Shown here: positions 40,424-55,440 of the stretch, piece after piece
Layout of the letters: each line of letters starts with the position of its first letter
How positions within the stretch are numbered: the stretch's first letter is position 1
Source of the DNA: Dimorphilus gyrociliatus
Taxonomy: Eukaryota; Animalia; Annelida
Length of the DNA: 64,000 nt
NCBI GenBank assembly: GCA_904063045.1
Contig: CAJFCJ010000024.1
Location: forward strand, 1,037,112-1,101,111
Reading direction: 5' to 3'
Notes under the pieces: generated by a model
The model's input: only the letters and a program-made list of their open reading frames with translations
Database searches by the model: none
Told to the model about the DNA's origin: nothing
Translations under genes and position numbers: made by a program

Positions 40424-43400
40424 TAGTAATCTTATCGAAACAATTTTAGAATACCTACTTTATACGGAGAAAGCTTTCAAGTATTCGCTGTTTGTGTCCT
40501 ACTTTTTTTAAGTAGACGAAAAGGGGTAGGAGTAGGAGAAGGAAGAGGTGGAGGAATAGTAATAGTAGTAGGAGGAGGTAGCAGTAGTAGAGGAGGTGGA
40601 GGAGGAGAATATTTAATTATCTTGGTTGAATAAATAGAAAATGTATATTTAAAGATTACTTTTAATGGAGTCTAAATATAAATTGGTATATGCAAATTAA
40701 CCTATGTACTATATATCTAGTTTATATGTTTATCTTGCAGAATGCATATATACTTTTATGCATTAAATATCCAGAGATTATATGCAGTAATGTACACGGA
40801 TATACAGTATATAGACATTATACAGATAGACAAATATATACTTTTCACTCTAACTCTTCTTTTATCTTATCAAATAAGAAATTATAATTCTAAACGATAA
40901 ATAAAGAAGGAAGTTGAGGGAAGGGGAAAGGACAAGAGAGAGTGGCAGAGGAAATACGGGATATTATAAAGAGAAAGAGAGCAAAATATTTTTTATAGAA
41001 TCTGCACAATCATAGAGGAAAAACAATCAAATTGATATAAAAGGAAACATGATCAAAGGTTAATGTGGCAGTTGTTGGTGTAAAGTAAGAGTTCTCTATT
41101 TTAATATAGTAGTAGAAATTAAACTTTTGCAGTAAACATTACAAAAACACTAGAAGACGTAGAAAAGCTACCCCTGTAAAAATTTTTAAGACATCGAAGC
41201 AGTAAGAAAGATTAGTTTGAACAAGGGAAATTCAGCAAACGGAAAAGACTAAGTAAAGCTATTGATATTAATTAAAATCGACAAATTATCTTCTATACAA
41301 ATACAGATTTATCTAAATATTCATTTACATAACCACATATATACCATACAATTTTTTTCCTATATTGATATATTTCTTCCAAAGATAGGAGGCAAAAAAA
41401 AAAGAGTAAACTCTATAGGACTAATTTCAAGTCTGCTGCAACAGCAGGTACTGAGAAAGATAATTGACACGGAAGCTGGAAGCAAGCATATAGATTCGAC
41501 TATACTACCATGGTTTTTTTTGTCTCCCTTTACAAGAGCCGCTAAAAGTAAAGCAATTTTATTTAACGGATTTTTATCTTTTCTTTAATTTTTTTTTTTT
41601 AAAAAAGTAAGAGAGTAAAAAAACTTAGGAAATCAATAGGCTCTTTTAAGGATGTAAATTCATTTTTAGTATGTCTCTTGTCAAGAACATGTATTGATTT
41701 ATTAGATTAATGTTTTAGGTAACAGCCTATTATTATTCAAGATGTAAATTAAGCACTTTTCTTTAATATAAAACCTATAAAAATTAAATATGAGTTATTT
41801 AGTAGATAATAGTTCTCTGTCATTCTATATTTATACATTTAGGAGGAGGAAGCTTCTTCATTGAGAAACTGTCCTTCTTGATACCGAATACCTCCTTAAC
41901 TTTCTACTACTATCCTTTATGTATGTTATTAACATTTATTATTCTTAATATAAATAAATATATATATATATGAATATGTACTGTATTATAGTCTTATTTA
42001 TATAAATAATGTAAAGATTTCATTATATCTGAATAAGATATGTATTTCAAATTATTTAAATTCTTTTTGTTATATGAATCAGATGCAAATAGAACTTTAG
42101 TTCATACTAATAGCAATATTATATAAATGTATATATATGCATAAATTCACATACATATACACATATACGTACATCTTTTACCTTTTTCTTACATATCATT
42201 TTTCTTGGTCAAAAAATCAAATACTACATAAACATAGTAAAATATAACAAAGTTTATTACACATTCACTCTTCTACGCAGAATAAATTATCTATTAAATA
42301 TCATATAATTATAATCATAATTATAATATTATTTAATCTGAATGTACAAGATATAAAGAAAGATATATAAAGCCTTAAAGAGTTAAAAAAAGAAAATATG
42401 TGTGTGGCTGACTTTGTTTCCTCTTTCCCTTTTCTTTTACAAAATATACCACTTATTGACTAGAATATGTCATAAACATACTCAAATTAAAAACATTGTT
42501 TACCTGTATTTTGATATGTTAAACGCTTAAGTTATTCATTCTGTTTATAGCTTTATAATGTTATAGGATACTAAGTTTTTGACGCCGTTCCTGATTTTTG
42601 ACGTGTTTTTGGATATGCATAAAAATATAAAAGGTACAAAATAGACAAAATAGAGGAAAGGAAAAGGGTTAAAAAAGAAAATACAGTAATTTTTTTTTAA
42701 AAAAAAACATTTCTTATTTTTTTGAAAATTTTGTTTAATCCTTTTAACACGATAATACTTGCTGTTTTTTTTTGTTATCATTCCATCTGACACTAATGGA
42801 AAACTACACATTCGTATGTACTAGTGATTATTATATATTTATTTTGAATAATTATAATATTAATTCAAACTTGACCCATTATAAAAGCATTATTAAATTT
42901 TCAGAGTAAAATCAAAGGGTACACTGGTTTGAATTATTAATGAGATATCTCATTTTATTAATATACGCACAGTTAAAAAATATATATATATACTTATTAA
43001 TCAGTTTACTTTTCTATCGTCTGTTTATCTATAGCATCAATTTTTTGGATTCTTATCATCTATCTTTAAGTTTTTCACTTTTTCTAATTCTAACTTAAAA
43101 GAAGAAGAGAGTATGATTGATAAGATAAAATAAGAAACAAAATGACAGCAGTATTAGCTATAATAATAGATAACAATATAAAGTATATAAGTTTAATATC
43201 TAGCGACATATAAAATGTAATAAATGTGGTTTGCTTATTTGCCTTTTAAGATGGCTGTAACACCTGATTCCTTACCAATATTGTAATATTGTATCATAAA
43301 ATCTCTATGGATCTAGTCCATTTATAGATCCAAATACAGCTTTCTTTAGTATAATACGGATATAAACTCTTCATAATAAATACATTTCATTTAATATACA

Positions 43401-46008
43401 ATATATATATCGTAATATATACTGCGGAAGTATATATATATATATATGTAATGCTGATTTATCAATGTAGGCCGTTACTTTTACTAGTTCCAGATTTATA
43501 ATGTTTGAATCTTGAAATTAATTGATTAAAAAGTAAAAATTCCCAGAAGTCTCTATGATATATATAAATGTAAAAAAAATTCTATATACTATAATAAAAT
43601 ATACAGAATTAGCTTATACTCTATAAAAAAGACTTATTATAGTGATAATCGTTATATATGTAAAATAATAACGCATAGGACTATACAAGTTTGCATTTTG
43701 AAACCAATGCTAATAGTAAAAAGATATGGGTGAAAGTTTTCATAGTATTCTGAATCAGGCTTTTTAATTAATTACAATGATTAATTTTATTCATTTTGAG
43801 ATTTGAGAAGAAAAAATGTATTTTATGCAACTTTATGAAGTGATTAATGTCCTTTCAAGTTACACATTGCTATTAATTCCTTTTTTATATATAATATACA
43901 TACATATATTTTATTTTTAAAGTCGTTATTAAATTAAAACATACATGATAAATCTTTTTTGTATTATACAGAGATGCTTTTTTGCTGACTCTTCAAGATG
44001 TTAAAAATAAATTAGCCTTGAAATAAATGGGAAGAAGAATTAGTGAGAGGGAGAGAGAGAGAGTATGTAGGTGTGTCTGTGTCTTGAAGAGAAGAGAAGA
44101 GAAGAGGTTTATTGAGTTTGTATTATCTCAATGTAAAATATTTATGAGATGAGAGGAGAATTGATAATTCTTTAATATGCTTTACAGAATTTGTAATAGC
44201 AGAGATTTAAATGAACGAATTAAAGATGGGATGGAGGGAGTAAAATGGAAAAATAAGAGAGAAGGTAGGAAGGTAAAAGCGAAGAGGAAATGAATATCTA
44301 GACTGGGTCAGAAAAAAAATCTCTGCTGCTGAGTCAAGGAAAATATAGATATCTATATAAAAACAAAAACTAGGAAGTTGGTCTTCATCTTCAAAGAAAC
44401 AAAACTGGCTGAAGGCTTCATACATCTTTTTCACTAAAATGATATAACGAAATCTATTGAATAAGACTAGCGTCTAATATAATAAGTGGACTACTGAATA
44501 TCAGCTCATATTTGGCGTCATATTCTTGGTAGACGCCACAATGATCGAGATTTTAAAGTTATCTCGATAATAACGCATTTGACCGTTACCAAATTTTCAT
44601 TCGACTCTATCAGCGTTCCCACCATAAACTTTAAATGTATTCCGTGATGTAAAACAATAGCGGCTCCGATCGAAATATTAGACAAAATGCGGACGAATAT
44701 AGCTGAACTAAAATACAAAAAAGAAATAGAGTTGAAAGGGTACGTTTAAAATAGCTTGAAGCTTCTAAACTCAATCGTACAATCAGCCAAAAATTAGTAA
44801 TACTGAAGCACAGTAAACAACAAGAACCAGAATGTTTTACTACTGTTAGTTAATGAAGAATTCGAGAAAAAAACAGTGCTATTTGACTGATATAATTAAT
44901 TTATTAACGAGAAATATTAAACTGTAACGTTTAAGAAACATGATTGTATTTATTTCATTTAAATCTTTCCATCTTTTATAACTATCCTCTGTTTCTTAAG
45001 AAACGATAATGAATAGGCAAAATGGGCTGATTTCGTTAAATATTCTTGAAAATATCATTAAATATCGTCTGAGTCATTTTAGGTTTTACAATTATTTATT
45101 TTCTTGTGTATTTTTTTATTAATTAGTTAAAAATGTTGTCCGAAATTTGTACTATGCTTATGAATATTAATATAGAGATTAAACAAGGGTATATTAAAAG
45201 GCAAAGATGAAAAGAGAAAGAAGGGAGAGAAAAGACATCTAGTTGGATAAGTAATATAAACAAGAGCCTAAAGGAAATTTCTACCGTCGCACATATTTAG
45301 ACAAAAAAACAAGATTTTTTCCCCTTGAATCTTTACTTTTAACTGTGTTTAGCGTTATTTGACCCTGGAATAAACACTAGCTTTATCCCTTATTTATTTT
45401 CTTCACCTTTTATTTGCCACCCAGTTACCTTTCTTCTTCTTCTCTAACCTTACAAATCATAGTGTATATTCGTCATAAATCAGACTTTTACAGGAATTGT
45501 TGTCGTCATTAGTTTTTTTCCTTATATGATTTCCTCTAAACCAGGTATTGTTGTTATCTTTACCGATAAGTTAATTGACGCCGACTTACGCTTACCTTTG
45601 TTTCCTATTATATATTTATAAAGTAGTATCTTTGAATGTTTCTCTACTTTCGGCTAATATAAAACGCGTCCAGAGAGGGCGTTACGGTGATTTTTGTTTT
45701 ATTTAAAGATCTAAGAGTGAGGAAAGTAACTCTTTTCATTAAAATTAGTAAGGGTTTAAGTTATGCAATAACAATAAAATTAATCAGTACGTATGGAGTT
45801 TTCTTTTCTCCTAATAAAAAACTTAAGAGTACTTAGGACGCAACACACCCGATGTTTCCCAGAGTGGAAGAGGAAAACATGTTTCTGTCCTGCTAAAGGA
45901 AACAAGGATTGTAGTTTAAACCTAGCGCACTGCGCATGCTCAATAGGGCCGCTTCTAGCGGTATAAAAGAGACGCTTGCCATTGCTGTTTTTTTATACAG
46001 CAAAAGTC

Positions 46009-49000
46009 ATGCTAGCCGCCGACTACGATGAATTCGAAGAATATAGAGCTCGCGCTTATAGCGCGTCTTCTAGAAGACCACCTCAACCGATGCCTGATGA
46101 ACTTAGGCCGAGAACAACAAGTATGCCGGCAAAACCTCTTACCTCTAACCGCCAAAAGAAACTGAAAACAGCTTCCAGATCCTCTTCCGGTTACGAGAGC
46201 GGAATTTCAAGTCCGGTTGATGGTAGATCAAGAAGAACTTCAGACAGTACCAAAGAAAGTATACATTACGTTTTGATTGTTGGTGTCAGTGGTGTTGGAA
46301 AGAGTTCACTAATAGAATCGTTTAGGACAATTTGCGGTATGGAAGGTAAGCTCTAAGTAAAAAAAAATTTGATTGCGATTTAATATATATATATATATAT
46401 ATAGTACGAATGTATATATTATTCTCAGAGAGGTAGCATGTCGATATTACTATTAAAATGAGTCGAAAGGAGTATCCTAATAATTTATAGATATATTTTA
46501 TACTTGTAATTTAGATGATGTCTAAAGGTTAAGGCTTTTCCTGTTCATTTGCTCTTCTATAGATATCTTTGAACTCGTCTTCTACCTCCCTTCCATCTTT
46601 TCCTTCTTTCTCTTCTATGTCTCTATTTTTCTTTTTATTAAATATCCCCCTTTTGCTGATGGTTTTTCGTGCTTCTACGTGTTATTCGAATAGTCAAGTG
46701 AGCGTGGGTGTAAAGGTATGAGAATAAATGTTAAATAAGTAATGGCCTATAAATTTTGTGTGAAGAGATGAGTAAAGTTTGCTCTAATTGAATATTTTAT
46801 ATCAATTTCGGTTTGCATGTGCTTTAGGGGCGTAGGAGAATACGATTTTCACCGCCTGTTTATCCTTCATAGTTTACTCTTTCCTCTAGAAAGAAAACAG
46901 ACAAGTAATCAATGTGGAATTTTTCCCTTCTCGTTTATGTATAATAAAGGTTTACAGATGAAATTTCATTTTTTTTGCCCATAATCTCTCTAAGTTATTG
47001 AAGTTGACACGTTGATAATTTCCGAACAAATACTCAATACAGCTATAATCCTTAACAGATAGTATATGGCAGATATATATATAGTGTACATAAATGAATG
47101 AAAATGATGAAAATGTATGATAGAAATAATAGGGAAAGAAAGAGAATTGTGCAGAAAATTTTAAGGCTTAGTATAATATTCTTGACAATACTTAAGCTAT
47201 AAGAGTAAACGACAGCTCTCCGCTTTCTACTTATAGTAGTACTTATTAATGAACAATGAGATTTCTATGTATAGTATATGCTGACATGTGTATGTCTCTA
47301 GTATGTTTTACTTTATGACAGATAGTTAATCTTTGGGACTCGTTATTCGTTTTTTTGTTGTATCGCAATCTAATAGCGATAATCGACAGCATTAAATATG
47401 AATATGACAAGGGTAGTTAAAGTGTATTAAACTCTCACGGTACAGTTAATTTAATCAATATTTCCTCCAATGGGTCATTTTTTACATTCTTAGAATTATT
47501 ATCAACAGATAGACTTTTAATAGCCTCTTCCAAACTGTATATTTGTCTTTCTTTCCTCTCTTCCATTATCCTCTCTATTCTTTTCCCGCTATCAACATTT
47601 AAGAAAGAGAGAAAGCTAGTATAAAAGAATATTAATCTTACAAGAAAAGTCATCTGAGTGAAAAACTCTTTTACCATCGAAAGAGAGTAAAACGTTTGAT
47701 TAACATAAAAGTATATGCTGTTGTGCAAGTAAGTATTACGTCGTTTATGCTACATAAAAAATTGTTCTGAGTCAGAAGATTTATTAAATAGATCTGTCTA
47801 TATTTATAAAGAGAAAAATATAGATTACTATAGAAAATTGAATAGGAAAAGCAAATGTTATACAAGTGAAAAGAGAGAGAAAATAAGTCGAGATAATTAA
47901 ATGAGAATTTATCATATCCACCCACAATCTTTAAAGTGAAATCTAATAATTATTTTTTTTCCCCCTCCGTCCTCTCACCCCTTCTCTCTTACCTCACGTA
48001 AGCAACAGAAAATGATCGACCTATTATAAAAGTGACCTTTAACGGTAAACGAGAAGAAATCATATTCGTTGAGGAGGCAAATGTTGGAGAAGTGGTAAAT
48101 ATTAAACTTTATAATTATTAATCATTTAAAATAGCATGAAATGCGATATACAATTCATATTTTATAGATGAGGTCACTCAACTCATCCATTTATTATTAT
48201 TATTATTACTTTCTCTCTAGAAGTTTCTTATTAACGAACGACCTAGTTTTAATTTTTCATTCTAACCCAGAAATAAATAATGTTTACCCGTTTTCTAGCT
48301 AAATGCTTTTTATCCGATTGATTGAATCAATTAGAAATTACTTAATCAAGTCTGATATTAAGGAGTATTATACCTGCTCGTTAGAAATTGCGTCTAGTTC
48401 CGTTAAGATTTATGTCTCTTTATAGATTACGCACACGCACATACTATAGATATATGTATACGTAATATCTGTATTAGGTCATCTTACTATATAACTTAAA
48501 ATATAAATGACAGCAAATAAAATAAAACAGAGCATATTTAGTAAATCAATTACTTAATTATCGACCGTAATGAGGCGTACTCGATTCTAATAGACTAAAA
48601 TCAATTGATTTAAAACAAATCGTTAACTATACTAGTTCTAGATTTCCTTTTTCACCTTCTTCTTGTCTTTCTTTCTCTTTAAAAATTTAACCTAAAGTAC
48701 GATTAAAATAATAGAAGAGGTGAAGGAATAGAATAAAACCAATATATGATACATAGATAGATAGAAAGGAAGAAATACAGCTGGATGGATACATTGAGAA
48801 AAGTAGGGTAAAGAAGGGAGGAGAAGAAAAGAACAGTGATCGATTTGAAATATGATACTATTTTCTATCAGTTATCTCAAAAGAAGAAGAAAAACGAAAT
48901 ATAAGAATAAATACAATAGAATCCTTTAGTCGAAACAGATTAATAGAGAATTTAGTATACTATTGTAAATGAAAGTAATCTCCGTGTTCCAATATCACTA

Positions 49001-49655
49001 AATTCTGTAATAGAAACGTGACTTAAACACTAACATACAATTAAGCCGTTATTTTCAATGATTCTATTAATACTATAAAATATTCATCTTCATGTATACA
49101 GTTTATTATATAAAATATTTTTTTTCTTTTTTTTTTTTTAAAAAAAATAATAATAATAATACAACAACTGCAGACTGATTTGGACAAGTTTAGTGCAATT
49201 TTGACAATTTATACGCCAAACGATAGACAATCCTTTCTACAAGCTTATTCAACTATGAAAAGTGTGAGAAACGAATTTCCTCAACTTCCTATTATTTGTG
49301 CTGCCAATAAGCGTGATCTTGTTCGAAATCGAGTAATACCAGAGAGAAGTAAGTCAATTTATTATATTATTCTCATATATTAAAATATATAAGAATTTAT
49401 TATATTTTAATTATATTTATATTTGTACTTTTTTTTTAAAAAAAATAAAAAACAGAAGGAAAAGAAGCAGCTCAAAAATTTCAAGCCAAACACGCTGAAG
49501 TATCCGCCTTATTATCACTGAAAATAACAGACTTATTAACAGCCGTCGTTCAACAATGCCATCTATCTGGTAAACGAGAACGTTTAAACGTTCTGGATCG
49601 TTTATTCGGTTGTAAAATGTTCAAAAGTTGTGAAAACTTGAATTTGAGTAGTTGA
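46009..49655 (+). CDS. RGK-family (Rem/Rad/Gem/Kir-like) small GTPase; exons about 46009-46346, 48008-48093, 49175-49348, 49456-49655
   Basis: Ser-rich N-extension with RTTSMP, P-loop GVSGVGKSS, G4 ANKRDLVRNRV, G5 EVSA and C-terminal KMFKSCENL resembling the RGK tail motif. Confidence 0.85.
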
Positions 49656-52441
49656 AAAAGGAATGTTAATTAAACTTTATCAACATACTAATATGTATTC
49701 TAATATAAAATATATGTCACAATGAATAAGGGAAATCTGAAGTTATGCATTAATCCCCGCAGGATAAGAGAAAGCTTAGTGATTCAATCTTTGCTTGACA
49801 AGTCTATTTGTTTGAATATAATTAAATGTTGTTCTTTATATATATATTTCTATGGTTTAAGATTAATTATAATTGTTATTACTATTACTTCGAATATATC
49901 TCATTTTTATATGGCAACGTATTGAGATATTCCTATATGCTTCATTCACATCTTATATTTTGAACCAGTCTCACTTTAATGAAAATAGAGACTATTTATA
50001 ATTAAAATTTCATTTGATAAAATTTAATACAGAGTTTAATTTTCTTTTAAAAAAAAAATATATGAAATATAATCGTTAGCTTTCTCTTTCCATGTTTGCC
50101 ATCACCGCCATCGTTATCATTATCACATTATCATCTCAATTAATTTTCTTTATTAAATGTGAAATATTATTTCCTAATTTGCTTTTTATATCTAAATATA
50201 TAGTATGAAAAATGATGAAGAAAATAGTCATATTCGTATCCTTCCACAGTTTCAAAAGAATAATTAACTTTTCCTAAACTAATTAGTTTTTAGATAATAA
50301 GAAAGAGTCTCACATATGACCTTTGTTAAAGTAAAGAGTAAATTATATTGTTGACGTGTAATATAATAGTTTAGGCTGGCCCTCAACCATCTGCTTTTGC
50401 TAGACAAGTTAATTGTATTCAAAGTGGCGGGTAGAGTTTAATAAGAAATCTTCTCCTAGTCTCCGATGAGCAGTTTGTGTCATATAGTGTTTTCTCTCTT
50501 TATAAACAAGTAATTACATATAAATTTATACATATCCACACACGATAAACAATGAAAAGTAAAATGATTTATCAAGAATATCTTCATAATGTTCTAATTT
50601 CTTAACAAAGACAAACATCTAGTTCATTTTTTATCTACGTATTTGATTAATTAAATCTTCTTCTTCTAATCTTTATCCTTTAAAAGTTTTATTCTCTGCT
50701 AAAGAGTTTTATCAGCATCTTTTACCATTTTTATAGTTTACTTTTTAAAGGTCTGCACGCAAAAACAACACAGTTTAATAGTATTTTGTTAACTTTGTCA
50801 TATATATTAATATACACGAAAAGAGTAATGTATAACATGCATATAAGGGGCAATATACATAAACCGTTTCCGTAGAAACGACTATGATTGACTAGAGAGT
50901 GAAGTGTCACTTTGCTTTCTATAAACTGAGTGTGTCTCTTACGGGAGAATAATCTTGGGGTCTCTTCCCGGATAAGCTTTGCCTTAAATATAAAAAGTAA
51001 TTAGTATGACTAATTTTAAAATACATATTATTTTCTAACAAATGTAACAGAGAGAGAGAGAGAGAGAGAAAGAAAAGAAGATGAAGCAAATGATGAACGC
51101 TCTTATCTAACTGTATAGAATTTTTTAAACATTTGATTTTTTTTCTAGCAAAATAAACATTATAGCTCTAAATTGTTTATTGAGAAGCGGCGAGTAGAAT
51201 TATTGTTATTATCAATGCTATTTGCATCCTCGTTTCATACTTTTTTTTCAATCATTGGTTCAAACAGAGTACAAACTCTATACTATAAATAATAGTATTG
51301 TCTATATAAAAACAAGGCCATAGCTGGGTGATATCAACTTAAAACACTATAGATTTCCTTTTAGATAACGTGTCATGTGTTAATAAATAATAGAATCTTA
51401 AAGAAATGATAGTGAGTCATAATTAATGTAGACAAAGTATTGCAAAAGTCAATACTTTTATATCATTGATGAGGTTAAACTATTTCATTTTGTCGCCTCT
51501 CTCTCTTCTTCTTCTACTGCAAAAATATGTTCCAGCCTTAGGTGATTTTTATACAATGTATATCATATATTATACTATAATGTTATTATTTATATAGTAT
51601 ATAGTATATTATTTTTCCAGGGTAGATGTGTATAATGTCAATAGCATATGGACTCGAGAATAGATTGCAAGGTTCCTTTAATTACTTTTCGCCTCATTTA
51701 CTAAACCATAACTGAAGTATAAAATATATAGTTTTCTACTTTATCTCATCAAAACTGAAGAGGGGAAAAAGTTTTGACAAAATAATGAAAATGTCTAAGA
51801 TTATTCCAAACCTAGTTTCAACCCAAACAAGTGTAATATATCACGTTATTTTCAACTGAAATTACTTCAATGAATGTCATATTCACTAAATTTTTCAATT
51901 TATGATTTTGTTTTGAGGAAAGGATAATATAACACAACATCCTCAATTTTACTATCTATTATAATGATAATATGATAATAATCGTAATTGTATCTTTTAT
52001 AAAAATGCTTTACTAACAAAAAAGAAGAAAACAAAGAAGACAACAAATCGTTACAAAGAGTAAAGTTTTGTTGTATTCTTTACATTTGTTTTCGTTATCT
52101 TTGTAGAACAAAAACTAGAACGTAAAACTATTTAGGTAACAATTTAATATAAAAGTTTAAATTGAAATATAATACTAAGTCTTTTGTATTGCTATCATAA
52201 AAAAGTAATCGGAACATGATGAAAGAAATAGAAAAACAAATATATCATAGGCTAATTCGATTCTTAAAAATATCTTAAACATATCTAGTCATAGAGATAT
52301 TGATGTAAATATTTAAAATGTTAATCATCTAATAATAATAATCTAAAAGCGTCAATCTTTGACACGAAAAACTAAGATACAACAACGTATAAGTGATTGC
52401 TATGATAATAGGATTCATCTTCAAGTTGAATATTTTTGTTT

Positions 52442-54230
52442 TTATTTCTCGAGTACCAATCGCTGAACATCTTTTCTTATAAGTTTTCCTAAACTTGTTC
52501 TTGGCCATTCTTCTTTTAGGACGTGTATTCTAGCAACTTTGACAATTAATCCCAAATTTTCGTTTCCTTTTAAATTTTTCGAGCACCATTTCATTAAGAA
52601 TTCCTCTGCCTTTTCTAAGCATGTATTCGCTAGATATTCTTTGGTAAATTTAACGACGACGCACATCGTCTCTCCCAATCTTTCATCGGGTATACCAATA
52701 ATAACTGCCTTCTCAATTTCGTTTAATTCATTAATCTTTTCCTCGTAGATAAATGGATTAACCTTTAGCATACCAATATGCAATTGGTCGGTAGTTCTAC
52801 CCAAGATTTCCAAACGCCCTTTGGTCGTAATGTAACCGATATCGGACATTCTTTGCCAAGATAACGCGGCAGTGGACTCTTTACCGAAATAACCATGAAA
52901 ACCGTAGTGTGGCCTAATCCAAACTTCGCCATTTTCATTTCTTTTTACAATACGACCATTTTCATCCCTAATTGATATCTCTTGAGTTGTACTTATAAAG
53001 AAATCGTCAACATTTGTCAAGTTTTTAGAGAATGCCATACTGACTTCTGTCGAACCGTAAACATCGTATATATGAATATAGGGAAAGATTTGACGAAACT
53101 TGTTAATAACTGATTTAATTGGTATTTGACCCCCAGTTGTAATAACCTTTAAATCCTTTAAACTTTCACCTATTTTGTCTTTCATCGCTACTAGATCGTA
53201 AAAGAAAAAAAGAACAAAAAAAGCAGCCTCAATTTTTTCATTCTGACAAATTTCTAAAATGTTCTCAGAAGTTTTGGCCATAGGTACTGTTGTGGAAACA
53301 ATAGTTTGACCCATAGCTGAACTGAATACCGAAAATAAACCTCCCAAATGTGCTAGTGTTCTATCATTAAACAAATTTTTCGTCTTGGTTAACTTCCACA
53401 TACTTACAGCCATATGAACTATGGCCATTTGATCTTTACAAATTAATTTAGGCATTCCAGTCGAACCGGAACTTAGTAATAACAGAGTGACGTCATCTGG
53501 ATTAACGACGGGTAAATTATTTATGAAATCTGAGTCTTCCTTTTCAAGCAACATTTCAAAATTGATTTGACCTTCGTTAGACTCTCCATCTAGTAAAAAC
53601 ATTTTATCGACATCCTTTATCACCGCTCTAACGTTATCTGTTAAGAAGTCCTTGCCCAAAAAAATAGCCTTGAAATTGAAAACATTACAAATACTTTCAA
53701 GATGTCTCTCTGCGGCTACTATACAAGTTTTAGCTCCCAAAATTTGCAATGCTGTTAGTGCAACGACTGGATTAATTCCATTATTACAAAAAACGCATAC
53801 TAAATCTCCTTTTCGTATGGTTGATGACAAATTAGAGGCCGCAGTAAGAGACTTCTGATACCATTCATTGTAGGTTAAAGTTATTCTGTTCAACGACTTT
53901 GTATACCAAACGAAAGCTTCGTCATTTCCGCGTTGCTCTTTCCTCTTCGTAAGTAATTCGAATAGAGTTTTATAGATTACGATCGTCTCCGTACTGGCAA
54001 TATAAGCTTTTTCCAAAGATAAAGAGTAATTTTCATCACAGCCATCAATCTCCCTATTACATCGAAGCAAACGACAATTAGGTTCATACTTAATGTCATC
54101 AACAACCAATATATTAAGAAATTTCGTAATTAATAATAATAGATTGTAAGCGTATTAGCATGAATTTATATGAGAAAAGGTTTACTTAAAAATTTAAAGT
54201 ATACTTGAACTATTCAAAACATACGAACAT
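52442..54230 (-). CDS. AMP-forming acyl-CoA synthetase (ANL superfamily; ACSF2/4-coumarate-CoA-ligase-like)
   Basis: LLLSSGSTGMPK AMP-binding motif, YGSTE, SDIGYITTKGRLEILGR, GIPDERLGE, PRTSLGKL. One long exon (54088-52442) plus an inferred ATG TTC|gtatgt first exon at 54230. Confidence 0.88.
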
Positions 54231-54777
54231 TTTGTTTCTCGTTCTCTTCTCACCGTCAAAGTGAATATCTGTACTTTCGGACTTCGTCTGATCGTTTGTT
54301 TAGTATTTTAGAGACTTGAACGATGAACTACAGTGTTATCGAAAGTCCGCTAGGGGGATATGCATTAACGAAAAACACTGAATCTGTTACATAAACACAA
54401 TAAAAGTTTTGCTTGTTTTAAAAACAAATCCATATACAATTTAACCTGAAATTAAGACGCGAATAAATATCCTCCAGACAAAGTTACATAACTCAATTAC
54501 ATGCAGTTGATTGTCTTTGTCCAGAAACTCGTTCTTATGTCTAGTAAATGAAGTACACCTTTATTAGTTAATTGTTTCTAAGATTCTTAAATCACTAGAT
54601 GGCGAAGTAGTAAGATTTCAAAACAATATATAGAGGATCTTTTAATTGAAAATATATTCAAGATGCAAACAAGAGGTGATATTTGTTTATATATTATTAT
54701 AATTTATAATGAATATTAATGAGGTCAGATATATATATAGTATCTATATATAACTTGTCCTTTTTTTATTAACACTA

Positions 54778-55440
54778 TTAAAAGTTGTCTTCGTCATCAT
54801 CATCATCATCATTTGCAAAAGGTATTTTTAAACGATCGGATCCAATACTATTTGAAAATTCAATTTCCTTCCATCTAGTTGGTGGCCATATAATTCTCTT
54901 TGCCTTTGCAGTAATTAAACCCAGAGCAACCTATTTAATAAATTTAAAAAAGGAAAGATTTACAATTTAATGATAATAACTCTTTTTTTTATTTGATTAA
55001 TTACTTACTGGACCAAAGTAATTACTGTCTAAACTATGATTTCTATTGTCGCCTTCCAACCAACAATGACCTTTTGGTATAATAACTTTTCGATTCTTAT
55101 AAGATATCGTTTTAACTGTATCCCCTTCAAGTGCGACTATTCTTTTAATAATTTTCTGCTTCGGATTATTTGGACACCTTAAAGCGAATAAATTCTTGTA
55201 TTAGAGTTTGCTCCTCTTATTTTATGAAATTTACATTAATGAAACTACATCTCCTCTCGCAAATTCATAATTTCTCACTGCCCATCTATTCAAAAATATA
55301 TAATCTGATTCTCCTGTAGGGTTCAAAGTCGGTTGCATAGATATACCCTCTACCTTTGCTACATAGCCAAATATATCAAGTGACACTGCAGTTATCGGAG
55401 CAACAACAGCTGATGTTGTTAAGATAGCTCTCCAAGTCAT
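54778..55440 (-). CDS. IMMP2L: Mitochondrial inner membrane protease subunit 2, 3 exons
   Basis: [12 protein letters not shown] (catalytic Ser), [16 protein letters not shown] (catalytic Lys), [18 protein letters not shown]|VALGL, IWPPTRW. Confidence 0.93.

Noticed and set aside
35500-45900. Short ORFs (40690, 41262, 42545, 44207, 44518) and a TGTGACGTCACA palindrome at 38916-38927 in a gene-poor stretch
   Set aside because: Low-complexity AT-rich translations without motifs or a consistent splice chain; a single CRE-like site is not evidence of function. Sparse exons cannot be excluded.
46429-46470. Possible poison exon in RGK intron 1
   Set aside because: Only a generic CTCAG acceptor plus a stop codon, expected by chance in AT-rich introns.
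47435-47728. Minus-strand charged ORF inside the RGK intron
   Set aside because: Purine-rich low-complexity sequence, no domain and no convincing start.
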